Positions 1 through 14,372 of a DNA stretch of 64,000 bases are shown in pieces. How positions within the stretch are numbered: position 1 is the first letter of the stretch; every line of letters begins with the position of its first letter. The stretch is from NCBI GenBank assembly GCA_029210775.1, contig JARGGI010000001.1, positions 16,493-80,492 of the forward strand, written 5' to 3'. The position numbers and the translations under genes were made by a program. The notes under the pieces were generated by a model, which did no database searches, had not been told where the DNA came from, and worked only from the letters and a program-made list of their open reading frames with translations. The DNA comes from Patescibacteria group bacterium (lineage in GTDB: Bacteria; Patescibacteriota; Minisyncoccia; JAHIHE01; JAGLIN01).

Positions 1-65
1 AATTTATGTCAGACAATATAAAGTTCATTAACAAATGAATATAGTAAATCACAATCACAAATTAT

Positions 66-86
66 AAACTTTGTGCAGTTGTCCTG
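66..86 (+). promoter_or_regulatory. 5' arm of 16S rRNA processing stem (pairs with 1860-1880)
   Basis: aaactttgtgcagttgtcctg is complementary to caggacaattgcacaaagttt at 1860-1880, with one G-U pair. Confidence 0.75.
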
Positions 87-232
87 CGAGTCTATAAACT
101 TATCCGGTTATAGACATTTCCAAGATTTGAACTTTCGTGAAATTTCATAAATCAAGTTTTTTAAACTTAATTTAAAATTTCACTTTAAAATATCTTGTAA
201 TAATTAATTTTATTTATTAAAATTAATTATTC

Positions 233-1702
<1,470 letters not shown>

Positions 1703-1715
1703 AGGGAGTAAAGGT

Positions 1716-1769
1716 GTAGGATATAATTTTATATCCCTACCGTACGGACACAAAATTTTGTGTCCCTAC
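1716..1769. repeat. Two tandem GTAG-type REP-like palindromes in the 16S trailer
   Basis: gtaggatataattttatatccctac and gtacggacacaaaattttgtgtccctac. Confidence 0.6.
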
Positions 1770-1915
1770 CCAGATCGACTCCCGATTCGTCGGGAATTAC
1801 GATAGCTGTTGGTAATACAGGTTTATTTGTTGAAAAATAGATAAAAACAAAATTGCCTTCAGGACAATTGCACAAAGTTTGTAAGAAAACAAAGGTCGCA
1901 TCTATACAATAAGTA

Positions 1916-1943
1916 TTGCATATGATGCGATTTTTGTTATAAT
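1916..1943 (+). promoter_or_regulatory. Sigma70-type promoter upstream of tRNA-Ile
   Basis: TTGCAT-16nt-TATAAT with extended TG. Confidence 0.5.
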
Positions 1944-2040
1944 GGAAATATCATATTTACGTTTTATAATATAAAAATTCTTACATTTAGATATAAATTT
2001 TATTTAATACATAAAATATTTATATGATAATATGAGTCTT

Positions 2041-2114
2041 GGGCGTGTAGCTCAGCTGGTTAGAGCGTTTCTCTGATAAGGAAAAGGTCCCTGGTTCGAG
2101 TCCAGGCACGCCCA
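2041..2114 (+). tRNA. tRNA-Ile (GAT)
   Basis: Cloverleaf; acceptor gggcgtg/cacgccc; anticodon loop ctGATaa; GTTCGAG T-loop; CCA not encoded. Confidence 0.97.
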
Positions 2115-2199
2115 CTTAATTAAAATGTAATATATAACAGATTACTTGCAATAAGATTTTATAAATGTTATAAGTATAAATGTTGATTTAAATTTATAT

Positions 2200-2273
2200 G
2201 GGCCCGTAGCTCAGCTGGCTAGAGCACTTGCCTTGCACGCAGGGGGTCGCAGGTTCGAATCCTGTCGGGTCCA
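2200..2273 (+). tRNA. tRNA-Ala (TGC)
   Basis: Cloverleaf; G3-U70 Ala identity pair; loop ctTGCac; GTTCGAAT. Confidence 0.97.
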
Positions 2274-2506
2274 CCCATTATTAATATTTTTATAAACTCG
2301 TGAATTATCACGAGTTTTATATTGTATAATTTAACAATATAATAATTGTTTTTTTAAGATTAATAAATATTTGTTGTATTAAAAAATTTATGTTATAATA
2401 AATATACTTTCGTTTCATACTTATTGAAAGTTTTTGAATTGGCATATATAAAAAAATAAAAATAAATTTAAATAAAAATAAAATAACAAGAAAGGGGGTG
2501 ACGTAA

Positions 2507-3190
2507 ATGCAATATCATTTATTTACAGATTACTATTTTATGATGTTAGGTTTGATGGGAGATTTTTATAAATCATTATTGCCTGAAGGTGTAATTAAAG
2601 CAATATTTATTTTTATAGTTGGTTTAATTTTTGCAATTGAGTTTAGTAAATTTGCGAAAAAACTCGCTATAAAAGCTGGGATAGATAAGACTTTGGAAAA
2701 AATGGGAGTAAAGAATTTATTTAAGAAAGCTGGAATTAAATTTTCAATAGCCGATGCAATTGGTTGGTTGGTAAAATGGTTTATTTTACTTTTTGCTTTA
2801 ATGTCCTCAGTTGATGCTTTAAATTTGCCTCAAGTTTCGCAATTCTTAAGTGTAATCTTAGGATATATACCAAGCTTATTTGGTGCGCTTATTATTTTGA
2901 CTGTCGGTCTTATCGTTTCTCAATTAGTCTATGAAGCTGTTGAGGGTGGATCAAAGGCAACAGGAATTAGAATGTATCACATCGCAGCAATTGCCTTTAA
3001 GTGGGTAATCGTTGTTGTCACATTATTGGTAGTTCTTGAGCAAATTGAAATCAAAACTGAAATCCTAAAAATTTTTGCAGGCGGTCTTTCTCTGATGATC
3101 GCTATCGCTGGTGGATTAGCATTTGGTTTGGGTGGACAATATCATGCTAAAGAATTGTTAGATGAGTTAAAAAGTAAGATAAGAAAATAA
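2507..3190 (+). CDS. Multi-pass membrane protein, MscS-associated TM-helix (CmpX-like) family
   Basis: About 5 TM helices; YIPSLFGALII and LAFGLGG motifs; strong SD (aagggggtga). Confidence 0.75.
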   Translation: MQYHLFTDYYFMMLGLMGDFYKSLLPEGVIKAIFIFIVGLIFAIEFSKFAKKLAIKAGIDKTLEKMGVKNLFKKAGIKFSIADAIGWLVKWFILLFALMSSVDALNLPQVSQFLSVILGYIPSLFGALIILTVGLIVSQLVYEAVEGGSKATGIRMYHIAAIAFKWVIVVVTLLVVLEQIEIKTEILKIFAGGLSLMIAIAGGLAFGLGGQYHAKELLDELKSKIRK

Positions 3191-3329
3191 AGAATAAGTT
3201 ATTATCCAAATATTTGTGTGAGAAACAGAACAAAGGCAAATCCGCATTTCGCGTTTGCCTTTGTTTCGTTGTTGATAAAAATGCGTTTTTATAACAGATA
3301 TAATTATGTTGGTTTTGTATTAATAAATA

Positions 3330-3462
3330 CTTTGAATTATGAAATGTCTTTCTGAGCGAAATAAAGAATCACAAAATTACGCATACAGAACTTAATGAAA
3401 GGATTATTATGTCACTTTAATTCTTGAAGTAATAATAGTATTTTGTATTTTGTAATTCAAAA
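3330..3462. mobile_element. MITE, TIR CTTTGAATTA(C/T)GAAA family
   Basis: TIRs ctttgaattatgaaat...ttttgtaattcaaaa; 6-bp TSD TAAATA; similar along its length to 31775-31907. Confidence 0.7.
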
Positions 3463-3758
3463 TAAATATGACAAAAAACTAATCAAGAAGTGTCAACCAT
3501 TTAGGATTAAACAAATTAATCCCTTAAATAAAATCCCAACATCAGGAAATACAAATAACAATTTACAGAGTTGGGAAAAAATAATTTAAAACAATAAACT
3601 TAAAAGTTTAAATTAAAAAACTATGATTAGAAATATTATAAATCTAATTTCTGGTTATTTTTTTGTTTTAGAGCTGTCAGTGTATCGCTTTAAATTATTG
3701 TTATCTTAGGTATTATTTACCTAAAATAGCGTTTATTATTATGCTTTTTACGAAGCTC

Positions 3759-3786
3759 TTGACAGTATTATTAATTGTGCTATTCT
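3759..3786 (+). promoter_or_regulatory. Independent promoter for 23S-5S
   Basis: TTGACA-16nt-TATTCT with extended TG; boxA-like tgatcattgaaaactgaata near 4000. Confidence 0.6.
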
Positions 3787-4089
3787 TATAAAGTGTTAAA
3801 AAGATAGAAAAATTATATAATTCATAAATAAAATTATGAAAAAGAAATTAAATACAGTTAAAAAAAGAAGCGGATAGTTTTGTAAATATGTAACGACTTT
3901 GAAACCGCCTCTTAAAAAAGGCATTTTTATTTTTTCTAATAATTTAAAATTATTTTCTAAAAAATTTAGTAAATATTTCTAGATTATTATAATCTAGTTG
4001 ATCATTGAAAACTGAATAAAGTGATTAAATATATAGGTAAATTACATCAATTTTATTTGCAATTATCAATTGCTAGTTAATCTTACATT

Positions 4090-7146
<3,057 letters not shown>

Positions 7147-7257
7147 AATGTAATTGTGTTTTTTGTTTTTTCAAAAAGTGCAATTCAATGATTAACTAGC
7201 TGTTAATGGTTGTAATATTATTGATAAATTTATTTTATATAATTTAGTACAAGAATT

Positions 7258-7375
7258 CTCTGGTGATTTTAGCGATGAGGTCACACCTGATCCCATCTCG
7301 AACTCAGAAGTTAAGCTCATTAGCGCCGATGGTACTTGCTCCGTACGGAGTCGGGAGAGTAGGTCGTTGCCGGAG
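7258..7375 (+). rRNA. rrf: 5S rRNA
   Basis: CACCTGATCCCATCTCGAACTCAGAAGTTAAG; GCCGATGGTA; GGGAGAGTAGGTCGTTGCC; flanking stem tttagtacaagaa/ttcttgtactaaa. Confidence 0.96.
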
Positions 7376-7394
7376 ATTTCTTGTACTAAATAGA

Positions 7395-7419
7395 AAAAAG
7401 GTCTTAAAGGCCTTTTTTG
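7395..7419 (+). terminator. Intrinsic terminator after 5S
   Basis: aaaaaaggtct-taa-aggcctttttt. Confidence 0.7.
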
Positions 7420-7534
7420 TTTGACCAAAATATTATACAAGCTATAATAGATATAGATATAAATATTTAAAATAAAACTTAATTTATTGTATATAATTAT
7501 AATAAACAAAAATATAATTTCCTAATTTTTTATT

Positions 7535-8404
7535 ATGACAAGTAGTCAAAGGCTGATAAAAAAAATAATAATTATCTTAATTTTTTTATCTTCTATTGCT
7601 ATTATCGCAAGAATTTTATTTCCTCCAAGTGTGGAGTTTTGTTTTAATGGTGTTTTAGATTATGGAGAAGAAAAAGTAGATTGTGGTGAAATTTGTCAAA
7701 AAAAATGTCCACTTCCTCCAATGCCACCAAAAGTTAGTCAGATTCAAGTAGAGTGGGCTAAAGCCATAAATGATGGAGTTGACAACTATGATTTAATCGC
7801 AAAAGTAAAAAATGATAATGAATTATGGGGAATTTTTTCAGTAAGTTACAATTTTATAATCACTCAGGAAAATGGGGAAATTTTGAAAACACCAAAGGAA
7901 GAAACATATATTATGCCCAAGGGGTTTTTGAAAGAAGATGCGTATAAATATATATTTGAGGATAATTTTAAGCTTTCTTCAAATATTTCAAAAATTGAAA
8001 TTGAATTATCAGAACACAACTGGAGAGAGATAAAAGATCTGCGAGACCTTCCTCATTTTAATTCAAAAGTAATTGAAATTAGTGACAAAAAAGGAGATTA
8101 TATAAAAGACGGATCAGGATTTTATTATGTGTTTGGGATTACTAAAAATACTTCAAAATATGAGTTTCGTCGCGTTGATATTACGGTTGTTATATATAAT
8201 AAAAACAATGATCCAATTGCTGTCGGAAGAACAGATCAATGGACACTTTCAGGTGGGGAAAAAAGAGAATTCAGAAGTTTTTGGGAAGAAGAGTTTAAAG
8301 ACGAGATTGGATATATTGATTATATAGCCCAAACAAATGTTTTTGATTCTGAAAATTTTATGAACGATTTTGGGACGGGTGAGAAATTTATTGATATGCA
8401 ATAG
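7535..8404 (+). CDS. Membrane-anchored hypothetical protein with a Cys motif and a C-terminal FxLYD-like Ig domain
   Basis: N-terminal TM helix; CFNG..GEEKVDCG..C motif; GxxKNTS...VVIYNKNNDPIAVG. Confidence 0.65.
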   Translation: MTSSQRLIKKIIIILIFLSSIAIIARILFPPSVEFCFNGVLDYGEEKVDCGEICQKKCPLPPMPPKVSQIQVEWAKAINDGVDNYDLIAKVKNDNELWGIFSVSYNFIITQENGEILKTPKEETYIMPKGFLKEDAYKYIFEDNFKLSSNISKIEIELSEHNWREIKDLRDLPHFNSKVIEISDKKGDYIKDGSGFYYVFGITKNTSKYEFRRVDITVVIYNKNNDPIAVGRTDQWTLSGGEKREFRSFWEEEFKDEIGYIDYIAQTNVFDSENFMNDFGTGEKFIDMQ

Positions 8405-8436
8405 ATAAGTTGATTTATAAATTATTTTTTGAATAA

Positions 8437-9555
8437 ATGAATTTAAATTTTATTGGTAAGATTGATAAGACGCTTTTTTTTGCTGTAGTAATTCTGATTT
8501 GTGTCGGACTGATAATTATTTTAAGCACGTCTTATAGTTCATCAGGAATTGATTTTCTTAATTTTAAAAAACAAATCATTTTTTCCGTAATTGGCATAGT
8601 ATTAATGTTTATAATAAGTCTTTTTGACTATAGGGCTTTGAAAAATTATACAGGCATTTTATATATTCTCGCTTTTTTTATTTTGGTTGCGGTTTTGTTT
8701 TCAGGGTTATTAATCAGGGGAGCTTCAAGTTGGTTTAGTTTTGGTTTTATAAATTTTCAACCATCGGAATTTGTAAAAATTATTGTAATTATAATTTTAG
8801 CGAAATATTTATCCAAAACGAAAGATTATGTAAGTGATATAAAAAGACTTGTGGTATCTGGAATATATATTTCTTTGCCTGTTTTGCTTATTCTTTTTCA
8901 ACCTGATTTCGGAAGCGCACTAGTTATAATGTTTATCTGGTTTTCCATGATTTTTATATCTGGCATTAACAGGAAATATATGATCTCAGTTATACTTTTG
9001 GGGGGGGTATTGTTTACAACGGGATGGTTATATGTTTTTAGAGACTATCAGAAAGATAGAATTTTAACTTTTGTAAATCCACAATCAGATCCTCACGGTG
9101 CTGGCTATAATGTTATACAATCTATAATTGCAATTGGTTCGGGAAATATCTGGGGAAAGGGATTGGGGCATGGTTCTCAGAGTCAGTTAAATTTCTTGCC
9201 TGAGAAACATACTGATTTTATTTTTGCTGTTATTGCCGAAGAAATGGGTTTTATTGGCATTGTTTTTGTTATCAGTCTTTTTGGCATTATTTTTTATCGG
9301 CTATTTAAAATTGTAAATGAGTCTCAAGATAATTTTGGCAAATTGATAGTTTTGGGTAGCGCATTTATGCTTATGTTTCATTTTTTTGTAAATACTGGAA
9401 TGAATATGGGAATTATGCCAATAACAGGAATTCCGCTACCATTTATAAGTTATGGTGGGAGTTCGCTTGTAGGATTTTTAATTGTTATAGGTTTAGTTCA
9501 AAGTGTTTATGTAAAAGGGAGGGGATATAAGATAGAGAAGGGGGAGGATGATTAA
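8437..9555 (+). CDS. rodA: Rod shape-determining SEDS protein RodA
   Basis: GASSW, FQPSEFVK, QPDFG, LPEKHTDFIF, LPFISYGGSS motifs. Confidence 0.9.
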   Translation: MNLNFIGKIDKTLFFAVVILICVGLIIILSTSYSSSGIDFLNFKKQIIFSVIGIVLMFIISLFDYRALKNYTGILYILAFFILVAVLFSGLLIRGASSWFSFGFINFQPSEFVKIIVIIILAKYLSKTKDYVSDIKRLVVSGIYISLPVLLILFQPDFGSALVIMFIWFSMIFISGINRKYMISVILLGGVLFTTGWLYVFRDYQKDRILTFVNPQSDPHGAGYNVIQSIIAIGSGNIWGKGLGHGSQSQLNFLPEKHTDFIFAVIAEEMGFIGIVFVISLFGIIFYRLFKIVNESQDNFGKLIVLGSAFMLMFHFFVNTGMNMGIMPITGIPLPFISYGGSSLVGFLIVIGLVQSVYVKGRGYKIEKGEDD

Positions 9556-9721
9556 ATGAGAATAGTAATTTATAGCTGTCGTTCCTACCATAGGGAGGAA
9601 TCGCTCTTATCTGGGAATTGATATTATATATCTTTTTTTATGGGAATAGTGTGAATTGTTAATTCTTCAATATAATTCTACCACTTCTTTAATTATCCAC
9701 CACAGTTATTAGTGTAGAGCC
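9555..9721. repeat. Partial copy of the 231-bp element at 26003-26233
   Basis: About 165 bp near-identical to 26067-26233, ending ttattagtgtagagcc. Confidence 0.8.
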
Positions 9722-9789
9722 TGAATAATTTGCAAAAATAAAGATTTATGCTAAGATTAAAGCATTATTATCAATTTTTTTAAACAAAT

Positions 9790-11181
9790 ATGCCACAAAG
9801 AAATGACAATTTAATGGATAAAATCACATCACTTGCCAAGAGGCGAGGTTTTGTTTTTCCGGGAAGCGAAATTTACGGAGGGCTGGCAAATACTTGGGAC
9901 TACGGACCTGCAGGAGTAGAACTTAAAAATAATATCAAACAGGCTTGGTGGAAGTTTTTTGTTAAAGACCGGGAAGATGTAGTTGGTATTGATGCTGCAA
10001 TTTTGATGAATTCAAAAGTATGGGAAGCTTCCGGACATGTAGCCGGGTTTAATGACGCTCTAATTGACTGTAGGGCGTGCAAAGCGAGAATTAGGGCGGA
10101 TCATTTAATTGAAGATGCACTGAATATGAAAGCTGAAGGAATGACACCTGAGGATATGACAAAATTAATTAACGAGAATAAAATCAAATGTCCAGTTTGT
10201 GAAAAAATAGATTTTACTGAAGCTCGAAAATTTGGATTGATGTTTAAGACTTTTCAAGGAGTGACAGAAGAAGACAAGAATATTATTTATCTTCGACCTG
10301 AAACTGCACAGGCAATGTTTGTAAATTTTAAAAATGTTTTAAATTCAACTAATAAAAAAATTCCTTTTGGAATCGCCCAAATTGGAAAATCATTTCGAAA
10401 TGAGATTACACCTGGAAACTTTATTTTTCGAACAGTTGAATTTGAACAAATGGAAATAGAATATTTTATTAACGAAAAAGATTGGAAAAAGTTGTTTGAA
10501 TATTGGCAAAATGAGATGGCAAAATGGTTGGAGTTTATTGGTATAAAAAAAGAGAATTATTCAATTCGTGAGCACGATCAAGATGAACTTTCGCATTATA
10601 GCAAAAGAACAATTGATTTTGAATATGATTTTCCCTTCGGCACAAAAGAACTTTATGGGTTGGCTTACAGAACTAACTTTGATTTAATGAGTCATCAAAA
10701 TTCAAGTGGTCAAACAATGGAATATTTCGACGCTGAAAATAATCGCAAATATATTCCGCATGTTATAGAGCCTACATTTGGAGTTGACCGAACTGTTCTT
10801 GCAACAATGATTGATGCATACACAGAAGAAGAAGCGCCAACTTCAGACGGTAAAACTGAGATGAGAGTCGTTATGAAATTTAACAAAAACATCGCACCAG
10901 TCAAGGTTGCAATTTTACCTTTATCTAAAAAAGAAAATTTAAGTAAAAAAGCTAAAGAAGTTTTTGATTTAGTAAAAAACGAATTTACTTGTCAATATGA
11001 TGAATCACAAAGCATTGGAAAAAGATATCGAAGACAAGATGAAATTGGTACGCCTTATTGTGTGACGGTTGATTTTGAAAGTTTAGAAGATGATGCAGTA
11101 ACAATAAGAGATAGAGATTCAATGAAGCAGGAGAGGGTGAAGATTGAGGAGTTGGTTGAGTGGTTAAAAAAAGCTTTTTAG
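9790..11181 (+). CDS. glyQS: Glycine--tRNA ligase (homodimeric type)
   Basis: [52 protein letters not shown]. Confidence 0.97.
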   Translation: MPQRNDNLMDKITSLAKRRGFVFPGSEIYGGLANTWDYGPAGVELKNNIKQAWWKFFVKDREDVVGIDAAILMNSKVWEASGHVAGFNDALIDCRACKARIRADHLIEDALNMKAEGMTPEDMTKLINENKIKCPVCEKIDFTEARKFGLMFKTFQGVTEEDKNIIYLRPETAQAMFVNFKNVLNSTNKKIPFGIAQIGKSFRNEITPGNFIFRTVEFEQMEIEYFINEKDWKKLFEYWQNEMAKWLEFIGIKKENYSIREHDQDELSHYSKRTIDFEYDFPFGTKELYGLAYRTNFDLMSHQNSSGQTMEYFDAENNRKYIPHVIEPTFGVDRTVLATMIDAYTEEEAPTSDGKTEMRVVMKFNKNIAPVKVAILPLSKKENLSKKAKEVFDLVKNEFTCQYDESQSIGKRYRRQDEIGTPYCVTVDFESLEDDAVTIRDRDSMKQERVKIEELVEWLKKAF

Positions 11182-11240
11182 ATTGTAGATTTTAGTTTTT
11201 TAGGGCTTTAGGTCTTAGAAATATTAAAATATGTTAAATA

Positions 11241-11309
11241 TGTCATTCTAAATTTATTTAAGAATCTTTTGGAAAATGTGTTTTGTCTGTGATTTATTTT
11301 ATAAAACTA
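11241..11309. repeat. Left arm of a GTCATTCTGAATTTATTTCAGAATC-type palindromic element
   Basis: tgtcattctaaatttatttaagaatct; the partner arm is at 11784-11848. Confidence 0.6.
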
Positions 11310-11355
11310 TAAATAACGAACGAGAAATTTCGATTTTATAATTCTATTAATTAAT

Positions 11356-11772
11356 ATGATAAATATAAAAGATTTGTTTAAAATTCTTAAAGAAGCTGGA
11401 AAGGTTGATGAATATCAAAAAATATTAGATTTAATTGATGATTCTCTTAAAATAAGAAAGGAAAATGACGAGTTAAAAAAAGAAATTGAAAAACTTAAAT
11501 TTGAAATTGAAGAATTGTCAGAAAAAAAGATTTTAGAAGATGATTTGAAACTTAAAGATAATGCATATTGGAAAAAGAGTGATGGAGACGGACCTTTTTG
11601 TACAAAATGTTTTGATGAAAATGGAATAACAATAAGAATTCCCACAGATCAGCTAAGCTTTTTATCTAATTGTCCTAAGTGTAAAAACAGTTTTAATTTG
11701 ACAGGTAAAAAAGGAGGAGGTGAAATATTAACTGATAGCGATCAAGATTTTGATAAATTTAGTGTTTTTTAA
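11356..11772 (+). CDS. Hypothetical protein: coiled coil plus CxxC...CxxC zinc ribbon
   Basis: Heptad-rich N-terminus; GPFCTKCFD...CPKCK. Confidence 0.7.
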   Translation: MINIKDLFKILKEAGKVDEYQKILDLIDDSLKIRKENDELKKEIEKLKFEIEELSEKKILEDDLKLKDNAYWKKSDGDGPFCTKCFDENGITIRIPTDQLSFLSNCPKCKNSFNLTGKKGGGEILTDSDQDFDKFSVF

Positions 11773-11783
11773 TAAAGATAATA

Positions 11784-11848
11784 GTCTTGTGAAATAAATT
11801 ACATATTGCTTATGCTTCGAAAGATTCTGAATCAAGTTCAGAATGACA
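11784..11848. repeat. Right arm of the palindromic element
   Basis: gaaataaattaca...agattctgaatcaagttcagaatgaca. Confidence 0.6.
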
Positions 11849-11869
11849 TTTATAATTTAATAGAAAAAT

Positions 11870-12967
11870 ATGAAAAAAAAAGTGAATAGAAAAAAGCAGA
11901 AAGCTGACAATTTAGAAGAAATAAAAAATCTTTTAGAGAAGCTTTCTAACGCTAATGGAATTTCGGGGCATGAGAAGGAGATCAGAACCATTTTAAAAGA
12001 AGAATTGAAATCGTATGTTGATCAAATCAATACGGATAAGCTGGGAAATTTAATTGCTACCAAAAATGGCAAGGGACCGTCGGTGATGATTGCGGCACAT
12101 ATGGATGAAATTGGATTTATGGTTAAATACATAGATGATAATGGCTTTATCTATTTTGCTAAATCGGGTGGCTGGTTTGATCAGACACTTTTAAATCAAA
12201 GGGTTATTATCCATTCCAAAGAAAAACATATTACTGGTGTGGTTGGATCAAAACCACCACACATTATGAAAGCAGAAGAAATGAAAAAGATCATTGAGAT
12301 TGGCGAGATGTATATTGACATTGGCGCAAAGGATAAAAAAGACGCTGAAAAAATTGGTATTCAAGTAGGAGATACGATAACTTTAGATAGAAAATTTAAG
12401 AGTTTAGCTAATAATATAGTAACAGGCAAGGCATTTGATAATCGTGCTGGATTAGTTATGTTAGTTGAAGCGGCGCGAATTTTAAGCAAAAGCAAAGTGA
12501 ACGCAAAAATACATTTTGTTGGTACGGTACAAGAGGAGGTCGGCTTAAAAGGTGCAAGGACTTCTGCCTATAGTTTAAATCCCGATGTGGCTATTGCGAC
12601 TGATGTAAATATTCCTGGCGATCATCCAGGTGTAGAAAAAAAACATTCCTCCATTGAAATGGGCAAAGGACCTTCTATAACTGTTAGTGACGCCGAAGGA
12701 GTCGGTATTGTTGTTGCGGAATCTGTTTTAGATTGGATGAAGGGAACAGCTCAAAAGGCTAAAATACCTTATCAACTTAGTGTCACTGAAGGCGGAATGA
12801 CCGATGCGGCGATAATTAATATGACCAAACATGGAATTCCATCTGGTGGAATTTGTGTTGCGACAAGGTATATTCATTCTCCGGTTGAAGTTTTAGATTT
12901 GAAAGATCTTGAAGAGTGTGCGAAATTAATAGCCGAGTGTGTGAAGTCGGCATATAAATATTTTTAG
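11870..12967 (+). CDS. M42 family (TET/FrvX-like) aminopeptidase
   Basis: AAHMDEIG, KAFDNRAG, VQEEVGLKGA, GGMTDA, RYIHSPVE. Confidence 0.93.
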   Translation: MKKKVNRKKQKADNLEEIKNLLEKLSNANGISGHEKEIRTILKEELKSYVDQINTDKLGNLIATKNGKGPSVMIAAHMDEIGFMVKYIDDNGFIYFAKSGGWFDQTLLNQRVIIHSKEKHITGVVGSKPPHIMKAEEMKKIIEIGEMYIDIGAKDKKDAEKIGIQVGDTITLDRKFKSLANNIVTGKAFDNRAGLVMLVEAARILSKSKVNAKIHFVGTVQEEVGLKGARTSAYSLNPDVAIATDVNIPGDHPGVEKKHSSIEMGKGPSITVSDAEGVGIVVAESVLDWMKGTAQKAKIPYQLSVTEGGMTDAAIINMTKHGIPSGGICVATRYIHSPVEVLDLKDLEECAKLIAECVKSAYKYF

Positions 12968-12996
12968 GATATTATCATAAAATGGTTTGAATAAAA

Positions 12997-13028
12997 AAGG
13001 ACAGTCCTTTGCATAAGGACTGTCCTTT
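12997..13028. repeat. Doublet of AAGGACAGTCCTT palindromes; possible bidirectional terminator
   Basis: aaggacagtccttt-gcat-aaggactgtccttt between convergent genes. Confidence 0.6.
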
Positions 13029-13083
13029 AGTGTTTTTTTGTTTTATACCACAATATTAACCAGCTTCCCTTTCACAAAAATCA
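13015..13083 (-). repeat. Duplicated 3' end of leuS (direct repeat of 14345-14413)
   Basis: 63/69 nt identical; reads IFVKGKLVNIVV* versus IFVKGRLVNIVI* in leuS. Confidence 0.9.
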
Positions 13084-13090
13084 TTTAATA

Positions 13091-14305
13091 TTATTTCACA
13101 TAAATTTGACCCAAGAAATTTATAAGATGCTTAAAATATACTTTATGATCTTCATGTCTTATTATTTCGCCTTCTTTTTGAGTTCTAAACCATTTTAGCC
13201 TATCTATTTTTATATTATCAAACCTTTTTGCCCATTTTGTTTCAACTCCCAGGGCAACAGCATAGGGAAGGTATTTTGAGAATGTTTCAACTTTCTCTTC
13301 ATCCATTCTGAATCGTTCGGCAGTTTGAAGATAGTCTTTAAATCCCAACCATTTGGCGCGTTCTTCAGCACCGAGTTTGGTATATTGTGATCTAAAAATA
13401 ACGTTTTCTTTTTTTGAAAATAAAGAGTTTTTGTATTGTGGACCTATGATGCTATTTGTTTTTGATATTAATGAAATAGATTGTCCTTTATAATCATTGC
13501 GATATGCGTCAACAGATCTTTTTAATTGTGTGGAAATATTTTCAGCTTCTTTTCTAGAAAAATATTTTCTATTTTCATATCTGAATAAAATTAATCTAAT
13601 ATCAATTTTTTTTAATTCACACCAATGTATAAAATGTTTTGATATATTATACTCATATTTTAGATAATATAGTCGCTTAAGCTGGTCTAAAATGAAATTT
13701 GATAATTTTTCAGTATCTATTATTATATTTTTAAGAGGGAAAACATCAACATTATTGTTTTTAAAATTGAATATGCAATCTGATATTAATCGGTCGCATG
13801 TATCAATAGCGTCAAAGCCTTTATTTTTGATTAGGTAGTATTTAAAACGACCTCTTTCAATTTTTTCGTCAATTGCCAAATGTCCCTTTATTAATAGGTG
13901 AAAAATCGTTGCGTAAAATTCGCGCTTGCCAATACTTTTATCTGTTAAATAACCGGCAATCGCAGGGTGAATATTTGATGGCGGTTGGTAAATTGGAATT
14001 ATTGTGGTATTTTTTAGAAGATGTTTTTCTTGTAAATAGTATATTCCATATTCCTTAATAAAAATTATTATTGCACATGCTAATAAAATAAATATATAAA
14101 GTAAAATTATATAAATGTTATTGTTAAATAAAGAAATTTTTATAAAAATCAAAGAATATAATTCATCAATTGGTAAAATAAGCAATGAAATAAGCACCAA
14201 AACACTAAAATATAAATATATAAATCTTTTGGCATATTTAGGTTTTTTTAAAAAAAGAAAATATATAATGGCAATTATATAAAGGAAGATTATTATATCA
14301 TTCAT
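13091..14305 (-). CDS. DUF2207-like predicted membrane protein
   Basis: N-terminal TMs; PIYQPP..HPAIAGYL; WLGFKDYL; FSKYLPYAVALGVETKWAKRF. Confidence 0.75.
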   Translation of the reverse strand: MNDIIIFLYIIAIIYFLFLKKPKYAKRFIYLYFSVLVLISLLILPIDELYSLIFIKISLFNNNIYIILLYIFILLACAIIIFIKEYGIYYLQEKHLLKNTTIIPIYQPPSNIHPAIAGYLTDKSIGKREFYATIFHLLIKGHLAIDEKIERGRFKYYLIKNKGFDAIDTCDRLISDCIFNFKNNNVDVFPLKNIIIDTEKLSNFILDQLKRLYYLKYEYNISKHFIHWCELKKIDIRLILFRYENRKYFSRKEAENISTQLKRSVDAYRNDYKGQSISLISKTNSIIGPQYKNSLFSKKENVIFRSQYTKLGAEERAKWLGFKDYLQTAERFRMDEEKVETFSKYLPYAVALGVETKWAKRFDNIKIDRLKWFRTQKEGEIIRHEDHKVYFKHLINFLGQIYVK

Positions 14306-14372
14306 ATATCTAATATTATTTCATATAAATTTGGTCCTTCTTTAAAGGATAGTCCTTTAGTGTTTTTTTGTT

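Noticed and set aside
9722-9789. T-box leader for glyQS (also checked for leuS and metG)
   Set aside because: No AAGGTGGNACCRCG T-box motif, and the leaders are too short
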